From: Vitrella brassicaformis CCMP3155
Taxonomy: Eukaryota; Protista; Chromerida
Direction of reading: 5' to 3'
NCBI GenBank assembly: GCA_001179505.1
Contig: CDMY01000488.1
Coordinates: forward strand, 297,652 to 361,651
Length of the DNA: 64,000 bases
Shown: positions 25,170-36,791 of the stretch, one piece after another
How the letters are laid out: every line of letters starts with the position of its first letter
How positions within the stretch are numbered: the first letter of the stretch is position 1
The notes under the pieces: generated by a model
Seen by the model: only the letters and a program-made list of their open reading frames with translations
Databases searched by the model: none
What the model was told of the DNA's origin: nothing
Program-made: the position numbers and the translations under genes

Positions 25170-26668
25170 CTAGCCTGCCCGCACCGATGGTGCGCTCTCC
25201 TTGTTGGTGTGGTGCAGCGGCTCCTTGTCTCGGATGCATCGCACCAGCAGGGTGGCCATCTGCTGGAACCACGGCTCTGAGGGCGCCCAGAAGGCCGCCC
25301 CCAGGTACTCCCGCAGGGCTGCGCTGAGGTTCTTCTTCTGGTTGAGGTAGTAGACGGCCGCGTTTTGGTAGGGGAAGTGGCGCTGGCTGTAGCGCGGGGC
25401 CGACTTGGCACGCTCGAACCACAGCAGGCACTCGGCCGCCACGGATGGGTCGGGATGGGACATCTTGCACACACCCTGGACACACACACATACACACGGA
25501 GCACAAAGACAGAAAGAGAGAGGGGTCAGTTGCAAAGGTGGATGAATGGATGGATGGGGTGGATTTGTGGGTGCCGTTTGCTGGCTCACAATGTCGTTGT
25601 ATGGGTTCCCGAATGTTGGGTCGATTTCGATGGCTTTCTTGCAGAGGTCGATGACCTCACTGTTGACCTGATCCTTCCACCGCTCGTCCCGCCCGCAGCC
25701 CTCCTCCTCGCCACGCAGCAGCACAGACCACCCCAGATACGTGTAGGCGTCGGCCGTCGGCTTGGCCGCTATCGACGACCTGTGTTGTGTTACATACCAC
25801 ACACACACACCCACACACACCAAGAAAAAGATGGATAGTCCACGCCGTGACGTGACACACACCGTCGCTTGCTTTTGCTGGGCGTACCTACCGAAATGTG
25901 TCTGCAGCGGCCTGCAGTGCCGCCACTGTGCGAGAAGTCCCCTCCCCTCCCACTTCGCCCTTCGCCGGGTGACTCGTTGCCTGATGCGCGTGTGCCGTAT
26001 AGACAGGCCCTCTTCTTGACGACTTGTCTTCACTGGCAGTGGCAGTGGTGTGCTGTGCGGCAGTGATGATCTGCAGGCCTTGCTTGACGAGCGTGAGGGC
26101 CTGGTCGAGGGCAGGGTCTTCTTTGCGGAGAGCCGCGTAGAACTCGTCGTCAGTCACCGTCTGAACGAATGAACAATGGACACACAGCACAATGTCCATC
26201 TGTCTGTCTGTCTGTCTGTCTGTCTGGCGTCTTGGCCTGTGCTTACTTCCACTTGATCAACACGACGGGGGTTGTAGTTGAGCTGAAAAACCAACATGAG
26301 ACAGAACGACACACCGTTGACTGATGGACTCAAAACCGTCCTCGCGCCTCCCGTCCCGTCTTCCACCTCACCATACTGGACGTGTCAAGAGCCTCCGACA
26401 GCAGCTGGAGCAGCAGCAGCGATGCCGGGTGCACACCATGCGACTGAGTCTTGCGGAAGAGGTGCCTCACGTAGCGGGTGAGGGACTGCTGCTGCTCGAA
26501 GCCCTTGATGGGGCAGTTGGGAGCCAGTTGCTGTGTGATTCGGTCGAAGGCCTCGGCGATGGGCGCTGGCCACGGCTGTGCGATGAGGATGCGGAGGGGC
26601 TTGTGATCATCGAACTTGTGTGCGCGACGCAGCAGCGCCCGGTACGTCAGCCGCCGGAAGCTCTCCAT
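25170..26668 (-). CDS. TPR-repeat protein with a LYR-like N-terminal segment
   Basis: MESFRRLTYRALLRRAHKFD... splices to SSIAAKPTADAYTYLGW...LCKKAIEIDPTFGNPYNDIGVC...WFERAKSAPRYSQRHFPYQNAAVYY, which are TPR-like helices. All introns are GT-AG and in phase. Confidence 0.75.
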
Positions 26669-27263
26669 CTCGAGAATTATGTCCACACCCGTTAGGGTTT
26701 GGGTGACGGGTTTCAAACCCTACACCTCGTCAGTTCGGAGGAAGGGGATGGCGCATGTACGTGTAGATGTGTCGTGTGTCTATGTGGATCCGACTTTGTC
26801 ACTTGACACTCTTGTCAACGATGATTCATTCGGCACACGAAATCTCTCACACGAAGGTCAGCCATCACCACACACCCACACACCGAGGCAAAAGCAACAG
26901 CAGCCACACACAACGAGTTCGAGCACCGATAAAGCACCGGTCCGGCTGGTGGCAGGCAGCAGGTGGGCAGCAGGTGGGTGAGCCCCTACCCCATTCGTCC
27001 GTTCACATGGCACCTCAGTGGATGCGTCAGTGAACACATGAGGGTGAAAGCTCTCCACCTGCCAACCTTCCATCCATCCATCCATCCACCCACCCCATGT
27101 GTCGAGCCGTCCATGCAGACATGCAGTATCTACCACATACATACCAGTGCCAGGCGACAGGGAAGCACTCGAGTGGGTCAGGCACCGACAACCGTCCAGC
27201 CACACATCAAAACCCCCAACCTGCCTCCCTGTCTGCCAGCTAAATCTGCCTCTGTGCGCCTCT

Positions 27264-29506
27264 CTATGTCATCCGCAGCGACCTGAATGTCTCCCTCCCG
27301 TCCCGCCCCTTGTCGACCCACCCCACCGCCCCCCACTCGACGGCCGACACATCCTTGCTGAAGCCGTTGTCGATGTCCCCCACCAGCCCCCACTTGGCCG
27401 CCTCGTCCAGGATGGCCCGCTGCACCACCTCACGCAACTCCATCTTGCAGCCACCCACGCCGCCCACCACAAAGCACTGCAGCTGCGGCACCGTCACCTT
27501 GACGCGTTTGTCGCTCTGCTGCTCATGCCTCGTCCCGCCCACCACCTCCCGGTTGCTGCTGGCTTTGTACACGGCCGAATGGACAAAGTGCTCAGCAGCC
27601 GCACACACCCGCCGGGCCATGTCGGTGTGCCGCACACCGATGGCCTCACTAACGGCATCCTGGGCGGTATCCATGTCGAAGAGGTATGATGCGATGCGCC
27701 AGCCGAAGATGGGGGCCTCCTGCGGGCCGACGGCCAGCCAGGGGGTCAGGACGGCCGCGAGTGAGCGGTGGGGGACGAGAGCGGCGTTGACGGCCGCCAT
27801 GACGGCAGTGGGCAGCTCGTTGAGCACTCCGGCATACTCCGTCAGCACCAGCTGGCGGCCGCGGCGGCCCCTCTCTGTGGCCGTGGGGATGCTGCTGATG
27901 TCGCCTCCCGCCCGCAGCAGGGAATGGATGATCCGCTGGTATTTGTCAATCTCGGCGCGAATCATCTCCCTGATGGCCTCGGGTGTGTCCAGGTCCTGAA
28001 GGTCTTGAGTGTAGCGATCGAGCTGTGTGGCAGCAATGGCGATGGGCGTGTCACCGTGGTTGTTCTGTGTGTCGATCCGGTCAGCGGGCAGGTTGCTGCA
28101 GAAGTAGCCGGCCACCTTGAGAGAGCCCCACGCTGCCGCGTAGTGCAGTGGCGTCTCCCCTAAGGCGTTTCCTGCCGCCATGTCGACCCCGTTCGCCACT
28201 ATGAGGTCCAGGTAGGCGTAGATGAACGACTGGGGATAGCGCCCCCCCCGGCCACCTCGGCTGCCGCGTGCACCAGGTTGCAGCCAGACCGTTCTTCGGT
28301 GGCGAGGGTGGGGTCTCGTTGGATGAGTCGCTCATACATCGACATGAGCAGCTGCAGATACTCAGATGGGGGCTGACGCAGGGGACGGGGCAGCATCAGC
28401 ATGCGTGGGCCTGGTGCGTGAAGGTCGATGTCGTGACGAGTTATCAGGATGTCGAAGGCCGTCTGATTGCCGGATGCAATCGCCAAGTGGAGGGGGGTCT
28501 CCCCGTTCTCGTCGGCTGCCGCATTGGGGCCGGCGCCGTCGTCGAACAGTGCGGTAAACGGCCCTCCGTCGAGCAGTGCGGTAATGATTGCCGACTGCTG
28601 CTCATCCGACGACCACTGGGGCAGGGCTACCCTCCAATCATCATCATAGTCTCCTGCTTGGACGGTGTTGACGGTGTAGCCCGACTTGTTGTCAATGGCG
28701 AGGCCCAACAAGCGGTAGCCAAGTCCATGACACCCGAAGCCCTTTCTCCTCAGCCGAGGGATGACATCCGGGTCGGCGCCCTGCTGGATGAGGTCGGTCA
28801 CGTGCTGTGGATTGATTGTGCGGCCGATGATGCCCAGCGTCAGCTCCTTGGTGAGATTGTCCGTGTCGTGGGGGAATTGAGCCTCGATGTCGTTGGCTCC
28901 CCGGAAGCCGTCAGGCACCTCAACCGTGGTGGCCACCAGCACAGGATGACCTGCAACACACACAGCCACCAGACGACACACACAGTGAAGGTGTGTGCGG
29001 ATCACATTCTTTCGCGTCTGTCTGTCTGTCTGTCTGGCGTACCGTCCTCCTCATAGCCGTCGTCCTCCTCAGAGTCGTCGTCGTCGTCATCCATGTCGTC
29101 CCACAGCCACCCGCCCTCACCACCACCATCATCCTGCACACCATCCTGCCACGCTCCCTCCTCCTCGGCCATTTCACCGTCCTCCTGCTCACGCAACAAA
29201 TCTGAAACGAAGACATTCCAACACATTCGTCAGCAAAGCAAGATGATTATGCCACTGATGTGTTGATCAGTCCGTGTGGCGTGCTGTTGACTCACCACTG
29301 TCAGTGTCATTGTCGTCTTGCCCGCCTGGCTGCCCGCCACCATTGTTATCCTCCTCAGCCACATCGTCTGCACACGCAATCGAAGACATACAGTACACAC
29401 CCGTGTAGCGATCACGATCTGTGTGTGGCGTACCTGTATCGTGATCGCCATCAGGACCGTCCGCCACGTCACCGGAGGCCATGTGGGTGTCGTGACCTCC
29501 AGACAT
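27264..29506 (-). pseudogene. Ankyrin-repeat protein with an acidic N-terminus, frameshifted at a G8 tract (pseudogene or sequencing error)
   Basis: ANK motifs ENGETPLHLAIASG, NALGETPLHYAAAWG and NNHGDTPIAIAA. Four exons start at MSGGHDTH (29506). The reading frame switches at the C8/G8 run 28242-28249. Confidence 0.8.
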
Positions 29507-29762
29507 CTCACTCCACAGGGGTGATTCGGTGCTGCCTTTTCTCTGTGCGATGTCCCGAGTTGCTTGCAGTAGTGATTCCGCCTGCTCTTTCCAATTTGCT
29601 CTCTTTCCTGCGTGAATGGATGGTCTTGAAGGGAAGACTCACCCCGAAGGTCGCTTTCCGTTACGTCAAATGTCAAACGTCAAGTCAACGTCAAACGTTA
29701 TAATTAGGGCGGTCCGCCTGAAACTGCTGCGAGTTCCCAGCTCGCAAGTGGAGGAGAAAAAC

Positions 29763-31220
29763 ATGACCATGGCGCTTGTGCCATTGTTTGGAGACCACCT
29801 CATGTGAGCAAATCGAAACAGATGGGTTCACGAGTTCAATTTGTTCATGCCTTTGCCTGCCTGTGCTGCAGACGTGGCACGACACCTGTTCCGACGGCCT
29901 CGCTTGATGCCGATGTGATTGGCATATATTTCTCTGCACACTGGTGCCCGCCCTGTCAGATCTTCACGCCTCAACTGGCTCAAGTAGGCACATGCATGAT
30001 GGGTACGCTCAGCTGACTCAGTCAGGTTCATCTGCTTGCGCAAATGAATACGTCTGATCTGTATGCTGCAGGTGTACATGGTGGCGAAGACTATGGAGAA
30101 GAGCTTCGAGGTCAGTCGGGCACAAAACACAAAGGATGCGCATCGCTCGGCAGTGGGTGACTCGTGTGCTGCCTGTCTGTCGGCGTGTGTGTGTATGCCG
30201 CGGTCAGATTGTTTTTGTGAGTTCGGACCGAGACGCATCATCGTTCCAGCACTACTTCGCCACCATGCCCTGGCTCGCCATCCCATTTGACAAACGTACG
30301 GACCACTCAAACACACCAAACCATCCATCTTCACGTAGCGCTTTTTTTCCCCTTTGTCCCTCGTCGTCAGCAACTCGGCAGGTGCTCAAGAGCCGATATG
30401 GCATCAGTGGCATTCCCAGCCTCGTCCTCATCAATGGCCGCGACGGCTCCCTCATAAACAAGGAAGGCCGGCAGCAAGCCTTGCAGCCGAACTTTGTGCA
30501 GGGCCTGCCCATGGGTGGCGGGTTGGATGCGTCGGTGAGGGGGGTCGACTTAGAAGCGGCGTTGGAGGCCCTCGACAGCAGTGGCGTGGGGGATGAGGAG
30601 AAGAGGATCGGCCTAGAGACCATCGCAACCGTCATCAGAAAGTAAGCCGGTGGGAGGAGGGGAAGGAGGAGGGCAAGCAAGCTGTCGTGGTGGCCATGGC
30701 GCGTGTTGGTATCCATCAGTGTGGTCAACCATCCTGGCGAGGCCAAGTATCGCACCCTCAAGAAGAGCAACAAGAGCGTGCAGCAGAAGGTACGTACGCC
30801 CAACCGGTCCAGATGCAGCGAATGGATGTGCCTGCTGATCTATAGTATTATCGTGTCTGTGCGTGACTGACTGACATGGATGGATGGATGGGGGATGCAG
30901 TTGGGTCGTCCCGAGTTCGCCCAACTGCTCAAGGTCGCGGGTTTTCGCGAGCAGCAAGACAGCTACACCATCCCGGAGGCCAACACAAGGGACACCTCGC
31001 ACATCAAGGTCAGCTAGACATGCGAACACACTCGCGATCGGACCGCACACTGGCCAGGCCGGCCGGGGATCAGTTCAGTGAGTGCTTGCTGGTGGTTGTT
31101 CAGGCGGTGCTAGACACGCTGTCGTGCTTGATCGAGACCCTCCCGCAGCAGCAGCAAGAGCAAGAGCAGCTGCGGCAGGCAGATGACGCACCCCAGCCTA
31201 ATGCTGATGCAGCTGCATGA
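29763..31220 (+). CDS. Nucleoredoxin/tryparedoxin-like thioredoxin (WCPPC) fused to a C-terminal PUB domain
   Basis: IGIYFSAHWCPPCQIFTPQL...FEIVFVSSDRD...MPWLAIPF...YGISGIPSLVLI is nucleoredoxin-type. LETIATVIRNVVNHPGEAKYRTLKKSNKSVQQKL...LLKVAGF is a PUB consensus. Exons join in frame. Confidence 0.85.
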
Positions 31221-31427
31221 CGCGGCGTGAGAGAGGCTTGTTTGTTGGATAGGCACACACACTGACACACTAGCTGCATGCATTGCCTTGCATCGACAGA
31301 AAATTGCTGCGCTGACACCAAGGCCGTGTACATGTAATTCGCAATTCAAGATGGACGGCTGAAGGTCACGCTAGAGACCAAGGCTTCCGAGACGCCCCCA
31401 TCCAGCCCCCGCCCGTCTCAACGCGTC

Positions 31428-33114
31428 ATGGAGCTCACAGCTTTGATTGCAGCCGTTGCCGTTTTCTCCTGCCTCGGCGCCGCAGCCTCCCAGGCAGCGT
31501 TTCTTGCACAAGCTGAGCGGCAGACCAGATTTCACCAGGTCCATGGCGGCATCGTGGTGGAGCCGGAATACGATGAAGTCCTGAGTAAGATCGTCCAGGC
31601 GAATGAGCAGCTGGAACGGCGCTGGCGCATCAACGGAGGGCTGTTCTCCGAGAAAGACGCCGAGAAGGCAAAGGAATTGTAATGAACGCTGACTGCACTG
31701 CATGACATCACGCACCGCCTGATGAGTTAGTTCGTCGGCAGGATTTGTCATTGGTTCGTGCGTGGTGTGACTGTGTATAGGTACGGCTTCACCAACAAGG
31801 TGCCCGCTGCGCTGAACGAGCTGCTTGCGGCGTTCACAGATCTCTTTGTCTACTTTGCAATTGACAATCTCGGCAAGGCAGACGACGCCCATTCCTGGGA
31901 TGTTGAGCAGGCCGCAAAGGCTGATGCCGTCATCACCTTCACCAACGAGATGCTCGGAAACAAGCTCACCCTGGTGCTCGCATGTCTCCACACACTCGGG
32001 GCTGACGGTGGAATGAGTGGTCTGGTCTCTGTTTCGTCGTTTGTCGCAACAGGACTTCTTGAGGCTCGACCCCGTGACGAACAAAAGACGCTTCGACGAC
32101 TTTTCAAAACCCTACAACCTGAAAGCGTCCATGACCACTGCCGACGAGGTCAACAACGGCGCCGCGTCTCGCGCATTTGGCGCGTGGAAAGCCCTGCTCG
32201 ACCTGTACGTCCGACCTGTGTGTCTCTCTGTTGTCTCCCGCACGCTCATCTCGTTGTCTCCATCAGGTACAAGACCCTCCATCCAAAGGGATGGATGGCG
32301 GAGCGGCTGGAAAGCGGCTCGGCTGACCCCACCGACATGACACCGCCTCTTCACATCGCTGAATTCTCGAAAAACATGGGCCGGGCCATGGAGCTGCTCA
32401 TCCATGGGATCAAGCAGGAGTGGATGCCAATACTGATGAAGTATCTCAAGGCCAAGCTGACACAGGCGATGGCCTTGTACGAGGAGGGACAGCTGACGCG
32501 ACAGCAGGAGGAGCTCCTGCAGATGATCTATAGCGAGATAACGACCAGCCCCAATGGGATCAACCTGCAGTGGGCCGCGTTCTTCAGCAAGTGGGAGCCC
32601 AACCAGCCTAATCGCCGCGTGTGAGCAGGACATGACTGACATACTGACCGGCCGCATGGGCGTGTGGTGTGTGGCTGGTTGAGAATTTGGTGTTTCTCTT
32701 GCCTGATTGCTGTCAGGTACATTCTCATGATGACCGTTGAGCAGGCTTTCAACTCGGTAAGGAAAAAAGCAGATACACACACACACACACACACACGCAC
32801 AAAAGGCCGCGCCACACACGCCTTTCCCTCGTGACTGGGTGTCTGCCTGCCTGCCTGTGTGTCTGCAGGTGGTGCGCTTCATCCGTTCCTTGAGCAGCAA
32901 GGAAGTCGTCCACGACCCGAGGGAAGAGGAGCGCATGGAGCAGCTCTTCGCCGACCTGGCCCAACAGATGGGCCCCAAGCTGAGGCCCGTCGTGACATTC
33001 CTCACCGATGTGGCCTCGGGCACCGCCGCTGCTGCCAAAGCGACGAAAGACGCAGCCAAAGTTGTTGGCGAGAGATTTTCCAAGGAGATTTCCAAGTGGT
33101 GGGGGGGCAAGTGA
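31428..33114 (+). CDS. Secreted (signal peptide), predicted helical hypothetical protein
   Basis: MELTALIAAVAVFSCLGAAAS signal peptide; six in-phase exons ending SKWWGGK*. Confidence 0.7.
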
Positions 33115-33453
33115 GACAGTGCGAAAACACAGCGAGAGAGAGAGAGAGAGAGATCAGATGGTGTGTGTTGGTTCTGTGTGGAAGCGAACCGCAAAGACAT
33201 TCACGCACGTCAATGAATGAATGACGACAAATTTGCCGATTGAGTGGGGGAGACGTGTAGTCTATTAACCGATGAGTTTAGTCATGTTCTGTGTTGCCAC
33301 CCTGTAGCTGTCTCAAGCTCATGCATGTGTCTCTTCCATGAGTGAATGATTGAGTCCATCCATCGGTCCGTCAGCAGGCACATGACGCGACTCACACCCA
33401 TTCCCTCTCTCTCTCACACACACACGCAGGCCTACACGTCCCCGCTCGCTCCT

Positions 33454-34788
33454 TCAGCCGTTCCCTGTCGTGTCTTTCTTCCAGCGGCTGTGGTGCCAGC
33501 TGTCCCGAATGTTCCACTCCTCTCGCGAGTACTCATCATCATCCTGCAGCATGATATGATACACACATACATATGTCTTTCACCAGCTCATGATCGTGCT
33601 CAGCCCATCTGCCACCTGTACATCCTTCAGGACGAAGCGAATGAATTCGGCCGCCTCGTCAGCTGTGTACAGCTCACCACGATCCCTCATACCCTACAGA
33701 CACACGCACATGTGCACACAAACCAGATGCCGCCTTGGACATGGAGGTGTCCATCGGCTCACCCGTAGGTACTCCACATCAGGCAGCTGCGTCGCAGGTG
33801 TCTCGATGAGCTTTGTCAGCCCGGGCGTGTCCACTGTCCCCGGCCGCACACTCGCTATCCTCACTTTTCCCATCGTCGGCAGCTCCAGCTGACATACACA
33901 CAGACACACACGTGGGCTGAGGCAGGGCATGTCTGGTCGGCCATCGATATGTATTCCGTCTCTCACCCACCCGCAGCTGCTCGTACAACCGATGGAAGGC
34001 GGCTTTGGTCACGCCATAGGTCAAGCTGCCCACCTGTGGCCTGCGCAATGCAATCAGACATCCATCACACACAAAGTAAATTGCCCCTCGTTTGTGCACA
34101 GCTGTGGGTGTGGTGTGCCGCGGCAGGCATGTACCTTACCGGTGTGCGATGCCGGCGCCGACGTGCAAGATGCGCCCTGGCGGCTGCGATCGCTCCAGCA
34201 GAGGCAGCAGCTCTTGGGAGAGGAACAGCGGCGCCGTCACATTGGTCTCCATCGCATCCTACACAACCAAGTACACAGACAGACAGCAACACCTCCAAGG
34301 ACGAGCCTGCGAGCCTAATAGTGCATTCATTCATTCATCTCACCTGAAATTGCTCGAGAGAGATGTGCCCGACCCTCTCAGGCTCCCCCACAGCCGCGTC
34401 ATGAACCAGGTATCGCACATTGGCCCCTTCCCTCGCCCGCAGCGCACCGACAATGTCGCTCCATGCCTCGGGGCGTCTGATGTCGGCTCTACAGGGGTGG
34501 ATGAGGGACGGATTGGGGCACGACTGACGCAGAGCGTCAAGCGAGCTGCCCGTGCGACTGACAGCAAGTACGTGAAGGCCGTCGTTGGCGAGAGCGCGGC
34601 AAAGCGCAGCACCGATCCCCGAACCCTGCAAGCCAAGCAGCCAAAACCAAACACAGCCGGCCACCAGTTGCCGGGGCGCATGGCTCGGCTCCTCTGTGCC
34701 GTCGGTGCCTCTGCCTCCCTCCCTCACTCACCGCGCCAGTGACAACAGCCCATTCCTCTCCTGCATGAGGCTGATCTGAGCCTTCCAT
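33454..34788 (-). CDS. Short-chain dehydrogenase/reductase (classical SDR, sepiapterin/benzil-reductase-like)
   Basis: AVVTGA/GSGIG (TGxxxGIG) split by an intron; ETNVTAPLFL; YGVTK (YxxxK); SVRPGTVDT. Ends EWNIRDSWHHSRWKKDTTGNG*. Confidence 0.9.
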
Positions 34789-34808
34789 GCCGGCTGCTGT
34801 GTGTGTGT

Positions 34809-35412
34809 CTATCCCAGGCCCTTGATGCTGTTGAAGAGGTTCTCCACGGCCCTGTCGAAGAGCTCGCATCGGATGGGCATGTCGATGTCGTGGAAGGGAT
34901 TCTTGAGCACGTAGTCGGTGTAGACCTCGTACACCTGCTTCAGAAAACTGTCCAATATCACTGCTGGGAAGGTCGACGATGCCACGGCAAAGAACTTCAG
35001 ACCTGTGACCACACGCAGATCGACGAGACTGGTCCCGCATATATCACTCATCCGCAGTGCATGTCTGTCGGCTTCGTTTGCCCGTGTACCAGTGAGTGTT
35101 TCGAAGCACTGAATTCTGAATCCCTCAGCCTCGATGAGGCTGATGCCGGTGGTCTGGAGGAAGCCGAAGGGCAGCCGCTTGGATGTGTTGACGGGGGAGA
35201 TCTGGGCTGCAATGGCGCTGAGGCCGTGGAATGTCGATGCAAGCCGGATGCGGTCGTTGGCCGTAAGCTTCACGTCAGACAAGAAATCCTAACAGATAGC
35301 ACACAACAAGGCATCAGACAGTCAGTCGTCATGACTCTGTGCTTCTCTCTTCTGTTTTCACCTTTTGGTAGACCAGGCTGCCGTGTCTGTTGTTGATATA
35401 GAGCGTGTACAT
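34809..35412 (-). CDS. TRAPPC4: TRAPP complex subunit 4 (Trs23/synbindin)
   Basis: MYTLYINNRHGSLVYQK/DFLSDVKLTANDRIRLASTFHGLSAIAAQISP...FETLTG/LKFF...VYEVYTDYVLKNPFHDIDMPIRCELFD matches sybindin family motifs. Two introns. Confidence 0.9.
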
Positions 35413-35500
35413 CACTCGCGCAGAAAATCACTGCACAAGAGATGCGAGCTCAAACTCCGTCTGCGAGTTAGCGCGCCGAGCAGAAAGATCTGTGCCAACG

Positions 35501-36408
35501 ATGAAGCTGCTCACTGCGATCATGTCGGTCATGGCCGCTTCCATGCTCCAGCTTTCGAGTGCCTTCACATCTGTCATCCCAGAGCCGACGAGCATGATCC
35601 CGTCACGGCAGCCATCTCTATCTCTCAGGAACATGCGTGCAAGACGGTCGGGCGGCGCATCGTCCCTTTCGATGCTAGGCAACTTCTTCAACAGTGACCC
35701 GAAAAAGGCCGCAGTGTCAAAGGCAAAATATGAGACGGTTGTGGTGCCGCCGGACTTCAGGTGAAGTCGAGAGCACTCGGACTGACAGGAGTGCAGGGAT
35801 TGCGTGCTGCATGCGCCTGTGTGTTTCGATGCTTCCAGGTTGGCGGCTGGCTTTGTCGCGGGCGGCGCTGCACTGTGTCTGGCGGCCAACAACTACGCAG
35901 CGGGCGTGCCCATCGGCCTCATCGGGGCATTCCTCGCACTGCAGACCACACGAGTGCGGTTCGAATTCGATGCCGACTCACTCGAGGTGACTGACACACA
36001 ATTAGTGTCGTCATGCCCACGGACGGATGGTCTCCTTGTGGATTGGGGATGTGATGTGTGCAGGTGAAGATCTTGAAGAAGGACGGCGACGCCGAGACGC
36101 TCGCTGATTCAGGTGACAACTTTGCGGTGGGTGGCGCGAATCGGTGGAAGTACGACACGTTCACCAACTGGGAGATGTACCCGAGCCCATCGCTGCCCAT
36201 CCTAGTCTACTTCAAGGAGACCCAAACCATACCAGAAGGACAGATACACTTGTAAGTGAGGCCATGAACGCAGCGCGCCACGCGACAGCACACTTCACCA
36301 TCCCTTCCCTCTTCCCTCTGTGCGGTGCTCAGCTTCCCCGTTATCATGAATGGCCGAAAGCTTTACGAGATCATGGAGGAGAGATGTCCTCGTCTGCCCA
36401 GAGACTGA
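35501..36408 (+). CDS. DUF3119-family plastid protein with a bipartite targeting leader
   Basis: Signal peptide MKLLTAIMSVMAASMLQLSSA followed by F and an S/R-rich transit peptide. QTTRVRFEFDADSLEV, GGANRWKYDTFTNW and PILVYFKETQ...GQIHLFP match the cyanobacterial/plastid DUF3119 pattern. Confidence 0.85.
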
Positions 36409-36791
36409 CACATACAGACGGACAGGCAGGCAGGCAGGCAGGCAGACACGCAGGCACGCACACACCTAGGCATTGCGAAGGGTTGACGAGGGAGCGGGAG
36501 CGGGCGGTCACTGCACTGAATGGGGTGGCGATGTGATGCATCGCGCACGGTGATCTGGGTGCATGGTGGATCTGAGAGGCTGTGCCACACCACGAGTGTT
36601 TTCTGAGTGTGTGCATGGAAGTGCATTTGGGACATTCACTGACGTTGCCTGGCAAAGAGCCTCTCCAGACATACAGCCAAAGCACTGTCGCGGCAGCGGT
36701 TTCAGGGAGAAACCCTGCGAGCTAAGAAGTGCGAAGGGTGGAGAAGTTGTCTTCCCACAGCGTTCTTCGATTCGTTGGTGAAAGAGGCGTC

